A DNA stretch of 64,000 nt from IMG/VR virus record IMGVR_UViG_3300035698_006513; one strand, given 5' to 3'. Position 1 is the stretch's first letter. The number at the start of each line of letters is the position of its first letter. Of the stretch, positions 9,249 to 19,047 are shown in pieces. A program made the translations under genes and the position numbers. The notes under the pieces are model-generated. The model saw only the letters and a list, made by a program, of their open reading frames with translations, made no database searches and was not told where the DNA came from. Source of the stretch: a virus.

Positions 9249-9865
9249 GTCAGTTACCGGAATTCATCATCAATAGGTATGAACTTTGGAATGCTGTGGT
9301 AGACATTGTGCTTACGGGGGAAGATATACTCCCTCCTAGCATTAACGTCATGTACCAAAACCGTAGGGGAGGTGGTCTAGTTCTTACACCTGTAGGTAAG
9401 GCGTATATCAACAAGATGCGGCAAGTCTTTGCAGAACATTTCATGTTTGAGAAATATCCAAGGTGGGCGTATTACTTTCATATGTTTGTAATAAAGGATA
9501 CGCTGGTCAATGATTCTTTCGTACAAGAGTTCTACCGCGCAAAGAAAGCCTCCAGACCAATGCGTACGCATATGCCGCGTAAGAATAAAAACACAGGTGC
9601 GGTGGAGCAGCGACCAGCATTCACCGATCTGTTAGCTGTAAATGACGCTGACGCTCCGCTAAAAAAAGTACAAGATGTATTCTTCGAGTGCATGGGTGCC
9701 AAGGATCATTGGTCAATTATATCCTCTGCTGCCAAACTACCAAAACCTCCTGGAGGCGAAGTGGGTATGGAATTATACCTAATTCCTCTATCCGCAGAAG
9801 AAGTCAAATACGTGACACAAGTAAATGAGGAGGTAATTAACGCATGGACAACGAAGCCTATTTAA
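9245..9865 (+). CDS. rusA: RusA-like Holliday junction resolvase
   Basis: PPSINVMY..LTPVGKAY start and DADAPLKKVQD..KD pattern matching RusA D-x-D-N-x2-K-x3-D. Confidence 0.65.
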   Translation: MSQLPEFIINRYELWNAVVDIVLTGEDILPPSINVMYQNRRGGGLVLTPVGKAYINKMRQVFAEHFMFEKYPRWAYYFHMFVIKDTLVNDSFVQEFYRAKKASRPMRTHMPRKNKNTGAVEQRPAFTDLLAVNDADAPLKKVQDVFFECMGAKDHWSIISSAAKLPKPPGGEVGMELYLIPLSAEEVKYVTQVNEEVINAWTTKPI

Positions 9866-10146
9866 ACAAATCTGAGCTGGTGCAGCGGTTATTATCCACA
9901 GGAGTACCCGCGCATCGGGGGTTGTCGTACCCAACGTTGCGTGATATGTACGCTGCAGATAGTCAGGGGGACATCGTTGATAGCGAGTACGTTAACCCTG
10001 TAAACGCACTGCGTACAGAAGTAATGGAGTTCATTACACAGTACGCAGATGTTCTGTTGCCTCAGCTAGGATGTGACGGCAACTGTTTCAATCACACGGA
10101 TGCGCAGGTAGTATCCTGCCACCTAAAAGTAAGGAGTGCTAGATAA
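9844..10146 (+). CDS. Hypothetical protein with Cys/His cluster
   Basis: GAGGAGG SD; CDGNCFNH..C. Confidence 0.6.
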   Translation: MDNEAYLNKSELVQRLLSTGVPAHRGLSYPTLRDMYAADSQGDIVDSEYVNPVNALRTEVMEFITQYADVLLPQLGCDGNCFNHTDAQVVSCHLKVRSAR

Positions 10147-11408
10147 TGGAGTTCACTAATGCAGCGCAATTTCAAGACGTACTGGACGGAATGCCCCGAA
10201 ACCAGGACGGGAGCATCATCAGAGGGTCGGCCCACACGTATATAGTTGGCTTGTGTGGTCGTGCGCCAAAGCGCACGAAGGTCCGAAAATTGGCTATAGC
10301 CTGTGGTATGCCTGGTGCAGACGCAGTGTCAATTCAGGACCACGGACAAATAGCCACATTCATACTAGACAAACTTTTGTCTAGTGAGCCCATTGTAGCC
10401 GCGCCCGCTCCACCCCCACCTCCAGCAGAAGTCCCTCATGAAGAACGACTTCGACTCATTCAACATGTACGTGGTTACGAGCGTACCTTCGTAATAGAAC
10501 GTAAACCCGAAGCATGGTGGGCGTCTGCTACTATTGACGCACTCAATTTGTACAAAGTGGAGATCGAGCAGAACGTAGCTGCAGGCGATACTAACACCTC
10601 CGGATCCGAGGAAGAAGTTAGCGAAATGGTAGTAGCACCTACTCCTACGATGGATACAACACAACCTCAACCTCAGCCAATAATTCCAAACACTCCTATG
10701 CACACTCCTATGCACACTCCTGTATACACAGGTGAGCGTGTAACTACTCCCACCAAACGTGACGAGTGGGATGGTATCATTGCAGACTTGATTGGGGACG
10801 GTGTCTCTCCCACGGTCGCATCCCCCACAGGATTCACATGCCCTCAGTTCTTGTGTGACAAAGACCAAGCCCTCGCATGGAAGCTTTGGGTGATTTCTTG
10901 TATGGACCCCACTCAAACCAAAAAAGTCATGGGGGCACGAGACTTAGTTCAGTTGCTAGGTAGAACCGGATTAGAGTGTGATGGAGTGAATGCTCGTAGC
11001 ACTAAGCCTGTGCTACTAAATCTTCTCCAGACTTACCTACTCGAAAATTCCGCAGGTATATTGGAGTTGGCAGAGACACCTGAGCCCTGTCTGCCTGAAA
11101 ATTCACCTACAGAAGTAATCGAGGAATATTCGCCAATCGAATCCGCATCATCTCATGCAGGTGCTTACGAAGAGCGTAGCGGCACACAGCGGTCAAGTGA
11201 AAACATCGACCCCAACCTCATCACTGGTGAAGAAGCGAGACAGATTCTGTTGAACCAGCAGCAAGTATTCACCAACCAGCTAAAATTATGGGAAAATGTG
11301 TCTAGTATAGATGCCGTATTAGCAGAAATGGCTGTTGGTATGCTGCGCGTGCGCACCGACGAGGAGCCCTTGACATGTGCGTCGATCCTCAAGGCTATGA
11401 AGCAGTAG
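10146..11408 (+). CDS. Hypothetical protein with Pro/Thr-rich linkers
   Basis: AAGGAG SD, TAATG coupling, 420 aa ORF. Confidence 0.65.
   Translation: MEFTNAAQFQDVLDGMPRNQDGSIIRGSAHTYIVGLCGRAPKRTKVRKLAIACGMPGADAVSIQDHGQIATFILDKLLSSEPIVAAPAPPPPPAEVPHEERLRLIQHVRGYERTFVIERKPEAWWASATIDALNLYKVEIEQNVAAGDTNTSGSEEEVSEMVVAPTPTMDTTQPQPQPIIPNTPMHTPMHTPVYTGERVTTPTKRDEWDGIIADLIGDGVSPTVASPTGFTCPQFLCDKDQALAWKLWVISCMDPTQTKKVMGARDLVQLLGRTGLECDGVNARSTKPVLLNLLQTYLLENSAGILELAETPEPCLPENSPTEVIEEYSPIESASSHAGAYEERSGTQRSSENIDPNLITGEEARQILLNQQQVFTNQLKLWENVSSIDAVLAEMAVGMLRVRTDEEPLTCASILKAMKQ
10690..10721 (+). repeat. 12-bp tandem repeat ACACTCCTATGC, about 2.7 copies (encodes TPMH repeats)
   Basis: Read directly from sequence. 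Confidence 0.8.
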
Positions 11409-11557
11409 AGTTCTTCCCTGAAGTATGCACCCTAGAAGATCTACAGGAGATTGCCATCGAGCTTCTAGGGTGTGACCCCCTATTTCTATTCGCAATGAAT
11501 CGGGATACGCTGTTAGAGCTCTTAGAGCAAAACGCATATTATCCTGACCCCCAGTAG
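11375..11557 (+). CDS. Small acidic hypothetical protein
   Basis: GAGGAG SD; ends just before a terminator. Confidence 0.5.
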   Translation: MCVDPQGYEAVEFFPEVCTLEDLQEIAIELLGCDPLFLFAMNRDTLLELLEQNAYYPDPQ

Positions 11558-11560
11558 ACT

Positions 11561-11593
11561 CCCCCTTACGCCGTGTGTGTAAGGGGGTTTTTT
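11561..11593 (+). terminator. Intrinsic terminator
   Basis: CCCCCTTAC/GTAAGGGGG stem followed by T tract. Confidence 0.85.
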
Positions 11594-11613
11594 GTTTGTA
11601 GTAAGGAGATATA

Positions 11614-13431
11614 ATGAGTACCGACCTTAGAGAACGCATCCTCCCCGTAGTGGGAGACAATTTCATCAATAAGAACATCACATTCTTTAATGTAGACATC
11701 ACAGGAAAACTGGCAGATGCAGCATACCGATGCGGCAGCAATCTAACTCTCATGTATGATGAGGCACCAAATGTAAGTAGACATCAGCACACTTACCCTG
11801 ATTATACGGCTGCTGCCGCGTGGATGGAGCGTATCAGTGACCATATGCAAGATAATGCCCCTGACCAGTACATGTGTTTAACCCCCTTCGGCATTACGGA
11901 TAAGTCTTACGAGACTGAGCTGATAGTCGCAGCTGGAAATCCTGCCACCGTCTACGTAGCCCTACATGAAGCCAACAAACTGGGGTGTGGTGCTATTGTA
12001 GGAGTGATGACGGAATCTCACGTCGTGGTGTTTTATCGCAACCCTGACGACCCCAAAGTAAAAGAATACACTCAGACTTTTCTTGATGCGTTGGAGAAGA
12101 CCGACTGTATCCAGCCAGGGGCAAAAAACCTTCGTGTGATGGAGTTGCAAGATGCTTTGGGGTGGTTCATTAAAGCACACATGCTTCGCAACGACGAAGA
12201 GCACAGACCGGAGTGGTTGCATAATCAGCTGAACACCAAAAGAAATCTGCTGATACGAGGTGATGCTACTACTCCATACGCAACCTGGATGAACGAAGTA
12301 ACTTATTGCCGTGACTACGGCAGCGTCAAAAGCTATACCCCACCACTGAAAGACCTAAAGGACAAAGAAGTGTGGGTCATTGGTGCTGGTACAGGGTCTC
12401 TGTTCATCCAAGAAGGAATAAAATTCTTCCGGAAATGGACCGTGATTGATTGCAAACCATTCTCCAAATATAATCCTGTGCGACAAGCTGTCGGGTTCGA
12501 GCATGTAGATAAGGAGGTAAAATCCCACCAGATTATGAAACTCATGCGTGACCGCATCAAGAGTTACACTCACGACACCTCCGAGTGGAGTGAGTGGGAG
12601 TCTGCAGACAAAACCGTGCGCAGATACACATCGACACGGAGTACCGCAGACGAAAGCGGAATCTCTGCCTACGTGCGCGGAGTAATTGCGGAACCCACTT
12701 CACAGCTGGACATGAAACACTTGCTTGATAGATTCGGGGAGCCTGATGTAGTTGTGTTAGCCACTGGAGCAACACAGGGTACCAACCAGATGCTCGCAGA
12801 AGAGCTACGCAGACGAGGAATACCTCATGTAGTGCCTTCGGCACTTCCAGGTGCTCTGTACCATAAGCAGATATTCTGCCTTCCTGAACAAGGTACCCCA
12901 TGCATTTCCTGTCTTCAGGGAACGATGGGTATCGACCGAGTAGGACCAGACCTCCCCAGAGAGGCACGAGAACTGTTCTACGGTGGGTCACAACCTGCGA
13001 CACTGTTTGAGACTTACCCATCCGCCCATGCGCTCCTCAGAGTCACGATAGAAATCCTAACCACACACCACCTACGCTCTCCGTGGTTCAGAGAGCTGGT
13101 AAACAATGAGCACACCTGTCTCTTATGGGGTAATGTGGTCCAAACCAAAGATGGCAAACCTCTGTATGACATAGAGACTTTAGGAGAGTTGGTTGCGTAC
13201 TCTCCTGCGCACATGATTGGGTGGCCAGCCTGTGATACGTGCGGTAGATTGAATGGTGCAGCGAGTGCACAGCCGTGTATGCATTGTGGTGTAGCAGGAA
13301 GAGCTAAAGGTAGTGAATTCTGCTCACCTGGACATGCGACCTTGTACCAAGTCAACATGGCGCGAGCTAAAAAGGAGAGAGAGGCGGCTGTGCAGGAGTC
13401 TATTGAGCCATCGGGACTTATTACCTTATAA
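11614..13431 (+). CDS. ThiF/MoeB/E1-like adenylating enzyme with unknown N-terminal domain and C-terminal Zn finger
   Basis: VWVIGAGTGS Rossmann loop, VIDCKPFSKYNPVRQ..K (ThiF D..N..RQ..K), DVVVLAT, PCISC and PACDTC Zn pairs, CMHC..FCSPGH; strong AAGGAGATATA SD. Confidence 0.75.
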   Translation: MSTDLRERILPVVGDNFINKNITFFNVDITGKLADAAYRCGSNLTLMYDEAPNVSRHQHTYPDYTAAAAWMERISDHMQDNAPDQYMCLTPFGITDKSYETELIVAAGNPATVYVALHEANKLGCGAIVGVMTESHVVVFYRNPDDPKVKEYTQTFLDALEKTDCIQPGAKNLRVMELQDALGWFIKAHMLRNDEEHRPEWLHNQLNTKRNLLIRGDATTPYATWMNEVTYCRDYGSVKSYTPPLKDLKDKEVWVIGAGTGSLFIQEGIKFFRKWTVIDCKPFSKYNPVRQAVGFEHVDKEVKSHQIMKLMRDRIKSYTHDTSEWSEWESADKTVRRYTSTRSTADESGISAYVRGVIAEPTSQLDMKHLLDRFGEPDVVVLATGATQGTNQMLAEELRRRGIPHVVPSALPGALYHKQIFCLPEQGTPCISCLQGTMGIDRVGPDLPREARELFYGGSQPATLFETYPSAHALLRVTIEILTTHHLRSPWFRELVNNEHTCLLWGNVVQTKDGKPLYDIETLGELVAYSPAHMIGWPACDTCGRLNGAASAQPCMHCGVAGRAKGSEFCSPGHATLYQVNMARAKKEREAAVQESIEPSGLITL

Positions 13432-13665
13432 CCTAATACCTTTGTTACGCAGCCCACGCATTATATGCGTAATGACTTTGTCCATAGGTTGAACAATTTG
13501 GCCAGGTACTTGTAAATGCCCTCTGGCAGCAAGTGGTTGTAGCTCATATCCACAATGTACACATGCCCCTTTGGTTCTGTAATCAGACATGGGCATTTTT
13601 TTTGTAGTACTTACTGTACCACAGCCCTTACAGAATACTTGGTCTGGAGATGGTTTGCTGCTCAT
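13426..13665 (-). CDS. Small Zn-ribbon protein
   Basis: CKGC..CVHC; ATGA-coupled to upstream gene. Confidence 0.55.
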   Translation of the reverse strand: MSSKPSPDQVFCKGCGTVSTTKKMPMSDYRTKGACVHCGYELQPLAARGHLQVPGQIVQPMDKVITHIMRGLRNKGIRL

Positions 13666-15416
13666 CTCAAACCCTTCAATTTATTCACAGCATTCTTACC
13701 TATATCCCATAAGTACGGTACAGCCAGCGTACCCAGTCCGGCAACCTCTGCTGCGTGTGTTGTAGTTGGATTCTGCATCACACGATGGAACGCGCTGTCT
13801 TTATCTGACGGCTTGTTGGTATGTGTCAGGTGGTAGGCAGATGGTGCAGCTAGCATACCGAGACCACCTAACTCTAATCCAACCTCCACACCATGTGGCA
13901 AAGAAGCAAGCTTATCTTCCACATATCCATCATCTGCACTAGGTTCTAGTTGGTCTTGAGTTGTAGGACTAGCCTGATCCAAATCACCTAAATCCTGTAT
14001 CACGTTAGAACCTTCCACTGCTTTGGGATCCGTAGGAGCCTCCGCTAAGAACAGATCATGTAAATTCGCGTTCACATGGGGTAACGCATCCGGAATAGCT
14101 ACCGTATCCATTAGGAGTCCTGTTCCTTGCGTGGGAGAAATACTCTTCGATGACTTATCGTAGTATTTGCTGTCAGGGCTGGCAGACAGAGGATTAGGCT
14201 CTCTGTCCATCTGCTTATCCGCAGGTATTGGCTCTGAGTATACGGTTGTGTCCGTAGGATTTATTGCTCCAAACCCTCCACCGTAGTACGCAGCGGTCTT
14301 GGGTGCTTCGGTGTTTGTTGTGAGAGCTGCTGTTTGGTCCGCAGGAGGTACCGCATCAATCTTAGGCATAGGCATAGGTGTTGGTGCAGGGGGTTTTGGT
14401 GTGATGGACTGCCCCATAGGATTAGGTATGTTACCTAGCGCACTAGTTCCAGTATTAGGGAGTTTGGGCATCTTAGGCATGGACACAGAAGGAGTGCCTA
14501 CAGATGAGGCCGTAGGCATTTTAGGTATACCCATCGCTTTTTTAATAATCTCTCTAGCAACATACGCAGAGATCTTATTAAAACTACCGCCGCTAGCACC
14601 CATAGGCCCAGAATTAGAACCTGTGTTCTGGCCCGTCATGTTTTTATTGGCGTTAGGGTCTGTCTGTGTTCTCTGCAACGAGCTGGATTGTGCATTAGGT
14701 GATGCTGGAGGTGTGTTTACCTGGGTATTAACCACACCGGGTTGTACACCCTTGTTATTCTTTACTATAGAAGGTACCCCAGTCTGAGTACTACCCACAC
14801 CAGGTTGCACACTTTTGTTGTTCTTTACCACTGGAGGTCTAGCAGCATTTATGGGATAGCTACTTCTCTCCCCTGGATTAGGAGGGGAAGTATTTACAGG
14901 TATATCAGGAGTATGGTGCGCGTTTGAAGCCGCAGACCTTGGCTGTGCGGACGGGGCAATCCTCGGTGGGGGATTGAGTTTACCTCGCCCCATAGCTTCT
15001 GGTATACCTAAGTGCATACCTGTAGCATCAGGATTACCCTTGCGCACCATGTTAGACAGGCCACGTATCTTATTTTTAGCGTGGGATACCTGCTGTTCCT
15101 GCTTGCCCATCAATTCACGTGCGCGATTCTTTGCAAACTCTTTATTTGCCTGAGCCATGCCTGCTTCCGACTTAGCATAACTCCCTGCTAAAAATTTAGC
15201 ATCCTCTTTCATACCTGCGGCAGCAGTTGGTATGCCCCTGATGACATTAACCGCTTTTTTTGCTGCAGGCGTGATCAACTTCTTTCCTGCACCTAAGAGT
15301 GACCGAGTAGCGCCAACCGCAAGACCTCCCCCCAGCAGAGCTAAGGGGAGTCCCATCTGTATGGCACTATCTGTACTGGAACCCTCGTATTCTGGTAAGG
15401 GAGGTTCGTACGGCAT
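13662..15416 (-). CDS. Low-complexity Pro/Gly/Thr-rich protein, possible internal virion protein
   Basis: 584 aa; hydrophobic Gly-rich segments at both ends; 21-aa duplication VKNNK.VQPGV. Confidence 0.55.
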   Translation of the reverse strand: MPYEPPLPEYEGSSTDSAIQMGLPLALLGGGLAVGATRSLLGAGKKLITPAAKKAVNVIRGIPTAAAGMKEDAKFLAGSYAKSEAGMAQANKEFAKNRARELMGKQEQQVSHAKNKIRGLSNMVRKGNPDATGMHLGIPEAMGRGKLNPPPRIAPSAQPRSAASNAHHTPDIPVNTSPPNPGERSSYPINAARPPVVKNNKSVQPGVGSTQTGVPSIVKNNKGVQPGVVNTQVNTPPASPNAQSSSLQRTQTDPNANKNMTGQNTGSNSGPMGASGGSFNKISAYVAREIIKKAMGIPKMPTASSVGTPSVSMPKMPKLPNTGTSALGNIPNPMGQSITPKPPAPTPMPMPKIDAVPPADQTAALTTNTEAPKTAAYYGGGFGAINPTDTTVYSEPIPADKQMDREPNPLSASPDSKYYDKSSKSISPTQGTGLLMDTVAIPDALPHVNANLHDLFLAEAPTDPKAVEGSNVIQDLGDLDQASPTTQDQLEPSADDGYVEDKLASLPHGVEVGLELGGLGMLAAPSAYHLTHTNKPSDKDSAFHRVMQNPTTTHAAEVAGLGTLAVPYLWDIGKNAVNKLKGLR

Positions 15417-18392
15417 TTACTTTGCCCTCGATGTAGTGATTCTTTTTCTAGCGGATAAGATACAGTCACCTGTATCTGGACCACCTACATATAAGTAATG
15501 ACTTTCTGCGTCATTAGACTCACCAACAATAGGTGCACCTGTTGCCCACACAAACACCCATTCTGCCGAAGGCGCTGACGAGTACGTACCGGCTATATCA
15601 TAACCATTAGTTATAGTCACCGCGCCTGTGACTGGACCTGCTTGACCATGATCTTCCGCCAGAATAAGCACACTATCACTCAACACTTGAGCAATCTGCC
15701 ACGCACCAATACCATCAATTGAGTAGTAGTGCCCAGGTAGAACTGCGCCTGCTAAACCCGCGAGACCACTAACAACACGAGAGCCTGTCTGTATATTAGA
15801 CGCCCCGAGTGCCAGATAGGGGGATGCACCTGCGTATGTGACATACCCAAGGTTATTAAGAAGCGTCTGCGCGTACACTGCGGCAACTATAGCTGCATTG
15901 GGATCCCACACGGCGTTTATCAGCTTAACTCTAAACTCTAACCAGCGAACTGTGTCATCTGATTTTATAGGGAAGCTGCCGTAATATACCCAAGGAGTAG
16001 CATTTGAGACCAGACCTATATCAAAAGCAGAAATAGTTATTGTACCCTGCCCTTGTAGCAACCCTACCGTGTATGGCGTAAACCTGTCTTTCTGTCTGGA
16101 CAGAGACACTTCTGTAGCAGATACCTCACCATTCATATTCATCACTATGCCGCCTTTGCGCTTAACGATGAAGGGCATTTGGTAGGTGTCTACATAACTA
16201 GTAAACGTCGGTGCTGGAGTAACACTGACCAATGGTCCACACACCTCGGTTACTGTGAACTCTACGCCAGCCTCGTCTCCTTCCAACGGGACAATAATAT
16301 CATCACGCTGAATACCTAGGTCCTCTGGTAGAGCAGCAGTAATTGCCCCGACCTGTAGCCACCCAGCTATGGGGTATACACTCAAACCATCCGCAGAAAG
16401 CGTAGGCTTGACAGTCACATCACCGGAAAGCAGGGAATTAGATACGAGAGTCTCGTCCCCTCTACCGAGAAGCTGCATACCTTCGCACGCAGCTCCAACG
16501 AGATTTCTATGTGTACCTGCAGACATTGCTGTAATACGGTCATGTAGACGATTCGTACCAATTACGTTGGAATCCTTAGTAGACACTATATTGAATAGCT
16601 TCACATCAACAGTAGAATCACGCAGCCATACAGTAGACCCTCCGTTCAACATAGAGATTGACAGACGATTTCCCGAAAACCCGTCAAGCATGAAGGATTT
16701 ACCGAAATGCATCGTGGGGTCTATAAGATGGTAAGTGACACCAGTCTCGCTCTCAATCATTGTGTGGTCTAGTCGTAAGGTAGTTGCGTCTACTACAGCT
16801 ACAACTGTGTGAACCTGTGTGGCATTGAAGGATTTGCCTACAACGTACACTAGGAATCCGGCTGTTATCGCTTCTGTCACGAAGTCTCTAGAGGTATCAA
16901 CTAAGGTATCAGATGCGGATACAAATTCACCCGCGATTCCTGCGATATAGATGGGTGTTACTGTCCCTATCACATTCCCATTCGGAGTCAGCGCAGTGTA
17001 AGCGGCACCAAATATAGTAGCGTATATTATGAAATCTACTGCCGCAATTGCTCCGGGGTCAGGATCTACGCGTAATCTATTGTTAGCAGCACCGGGAGCT
17101 ACTTCCACAATAATATAATTGACTGTTGATGTGCCTAAACGAATTGACATTCCTACAAATGCACCATCTGCCACAAAGTCTCTCGTAGCAGACTGAATCA
17201 CTCCAGGAAGAACTTGAGTTACGTCTGCTAGAGCAGACACCAGTACCGCCGTATCGTGGACGACTCCTGGTAATAGGGTTTCTGTGGCTAGGGATGCGAA
17301 CTCTACGATTGTGCTGAGACACATATCCGCTGCTGTATTGTTGCTTTTGTCTGATGTATGTACTTCGGTTATCTGGTTGTCTATACCAGACTCTGCGCGA
17401 CGTACTTCAGTACCACCAAACACCCCAATAGACGCCGATGTCTGACGCTCAATCTCCAGCTCAGTTACGGACATCGTGTTGTCAGTTTGGGGATCTTTGC
17501 CATAGAACGGGTTGAGATTGTTGTCGTACACATCCTGCTCACCAAACGCACCGTGTAATACGCGCTCAGGAGAATCCCCAGGAAAAATATTCCTAGCTAA
17601 TGCGTTAGTACGAGTACCGATATAGAACCAGACTTTGTATGTCAGTCCTGGTGTGATTGTTTCTGAGAAATGTACCCGAGCATCTGCGGGTTCTGTAGCA
17701 TCTATTCTGTGCGCGAAGTACCCATTGGTTGAGGCAACAATTGTTGCACTGTAGGTATTCGCAGTGAAAGCGTCTTCTACTCCGGAGATTTTACGTACCC
17801 TCGCAGATAACGCAGTTAGTATCTCCTCGAATACGTACACTCCATCATTTGGAGTACCACCTGACACTGTCAGTGTGTCTCCTAACTGGCAATACGAGAA
17901 CGGGATTAACACATCTGTGTGTGTAAGTGTTTGTTGTGAGAAGGTGACGTTTGTAGTCCCAGAAACAATTACTCTAGGTAGCCCAATAACTGAGGTAGGT
18001 CCTGCAGATAAGTCATTCACATAAGTGACTGCCACCGCCCTACCGCCCACAAATATAGGAGCATTCTTCTCGTCTGTGACTCGGAAGAATCTGTATAGAG
18101 ATGATGGTAGATCATCTGCAATCGACTCACCCGTGTATATTCTTCCTGTGATGTCCGCATAGGTATCCCCAGCAGAAACTAATGTTGTGCTGTCCGGTGT
18201 TGCCATCTCTTTGCGAAATACAGCATCATGCTCATCCAAGTTCTCCCATATAGGGAGTAAACTGCGGTTGTGGATAGGACCTGTTACGTACTCAGTATCG
18301 ACAATTGCACGTACGCCTGTAGGCTCACCTGGGGTAGAGGCTGTATTTACAGGCACATTTCCTAAGACTTCACCTTTAGACTGGTGTGACAT
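15417..18392 (-). CDS. Tail fibre/baseplate-associated structural protein with repeated beta modules
   Basis: 991 aa, V/T/G-rich; repeated D.F...G.....V modules; within tail cluster. Confidence 0.6.
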   Translation of the reverse strand: MSHQSKGEVLGNVPVNTASTPGEPTGVRAIVDTEYVTGPIHNRSLLPIWENLDEHDAVFRKEMATPDSTTLVSAGDTYADITGRIYTGESIADDLPSSLYRFFRVTDEKNAPIFVGGRAVAVTYVNDLSAGPTSVIGLPRVIVSGTTNVTFSQQTLTHTDVLIPFSYCQLGDTLTVSGGTPNDGVYVFEEILTALSARVRKISGVEDAFTANTYSATIVASTNGYFAHRIDATEPADARVHFSETITPGLTYKVWFYIGTRTNALARNIFPGDSPERVLHGAFGEQDVYDNNLNPFYGKDPQTDNTMSVTELEIERQTSASIGVFGGTEVRRAESGIDNQITEVHTSDKSNNTAADMCLSTIVEFASLATETLLPGVVHDTAVLVSALADVTQVLPGVIQSATRDFVADGAFVGMSIRLGTSTVNYIIVEVAPGAANNRLRVDPDPGAIAAVDFIIYATIFGAAYTALTPNGNVIGTVTPIYIAGIAGEFVSASDTLVDTSRDFVTEAITAGFLVYVVGKSFNATQVHTVVAVVDATTLRLDHTMIESETGVTYHLIDPTMHFGKSFMLDGFSGNRLSISMLNGGSTVWLRDSTVDVKLFNIVSTKDSNVIGTNRLHDRITAMSAGTHRNLVGAACEGMQLLGRGDETLVSNSLLSGDVTVKPTLSADGLSVYPIAGWLQVGAITAALPEDLGIQRDDIIVPLEGDEAGVEFTVTEVCGPLVSVTPAPTFTSYVDTYQMPFIVKRKGGIVMNMNGEVSATEVSLSRQKDRFTPYTVGLLQGQGTITISAFDIGLVSNATPWVYYGSFPIKSDDTVRWLEFRVKLINAVWDPNAAIVAAVYAQTLLNNLGYVTYAGASPYLALGASNIQTGSRVVSGLAGLAGAVLPGHYYSIDGIGAWQIAQVLSDSVLILAEDHGQAGPVTGAVTITNGYDIAGTYSSAPSAEWVFVWATGAPIVGESNDAESHYLYVGGPDTGDCILSARKRITTSRAK

Positions 18393-18401
18393 AGATCTCT
18401 C

Positions 18402-19031
18402 CTAATATCGTAATTCCCAAGTGATTTGCAGTTTGTACAAACCTGTTTTCGTAATAGGCGGTACGCTGCGATATGCGATGAGGTACCCATTATTGAATGG
18501 CGTAGCATATTCGTAAGGACTGACCCCTGCACCTAACTGTATACCACCGGGAGTTCCGGGAGCAGCATTTTTAGTAACAAGCCCAAATTCTGTAATAGGC
18601 ACAGCAGTGGCTGTGCCAAAACTAATGTCTGTCTCTAGGAACGTAGTCTGATACTGGTTGGTGTAGGCATCTGGCTCTAACGTAGGTCGGTCAATTTCCT
18701 TAAGGTAGAGACCTGCTTGATACAACACAGGAAATTCTATACGAGTTACTGTGGCAATCTCAGTCTGAAGACCTACTCCAGGTGGTGAGATAGACTGTTG
18801 ATCAGAGCCCTGACCTACCGCGATATAGTACGGAGTAGTATCTACTTTACGCGTACCGTCGGGTCCAGGAACAGGACCTACAACTCTACTACTCTCGGCC
18901 AACCAATTTCTACCCATATTCGTGAATACGTTATGAAATCGTTTGTCCTCTACGACGGTTCCCTGCTGGTCAACTAATTTAATGACCAGATTCATTTCAG
19001 GGCTAATTCTCTCAATAAATTGTACTGACAT
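18402..19031 (-). CDS. Tail collar/fibre-attachment-like baseplate protein
   Basis: HNVFTNMGRNWLA..YIAVGQG..ITEFGL..ITKT..ITWELRY pattern typical of myophage collar-fibre proteins. Confidence 0.6.
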   Translation of the reverse strand: MSVQFIERISPEMNLVIKLVDQQGTVVEDKRFHNVFTNMGRNWLAESSRVVGPVPGPDGTRKVDTTPYYIAVGQGSDQQSISPPGVGLQTEIATVTRIEFPVLYQAGLYLKEIDRPTLEPDAYTNQYQTTFLETDISFGTATAVPITEFGLVTKNAAPGTPGGIQLGAGVSPYEYATPFNNGYLIAYRSVPPITKTGLYKLQITWELRY

Positions 19032-19047
19032 ACAACTTCCTCACTTT

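Noticed and set aside
11779-11810. HQHTYP as a JAB deubiquitinase motif in the E1-like protein
   Set aside because: The downstream S-x2-D of the JAMM motif is missing.
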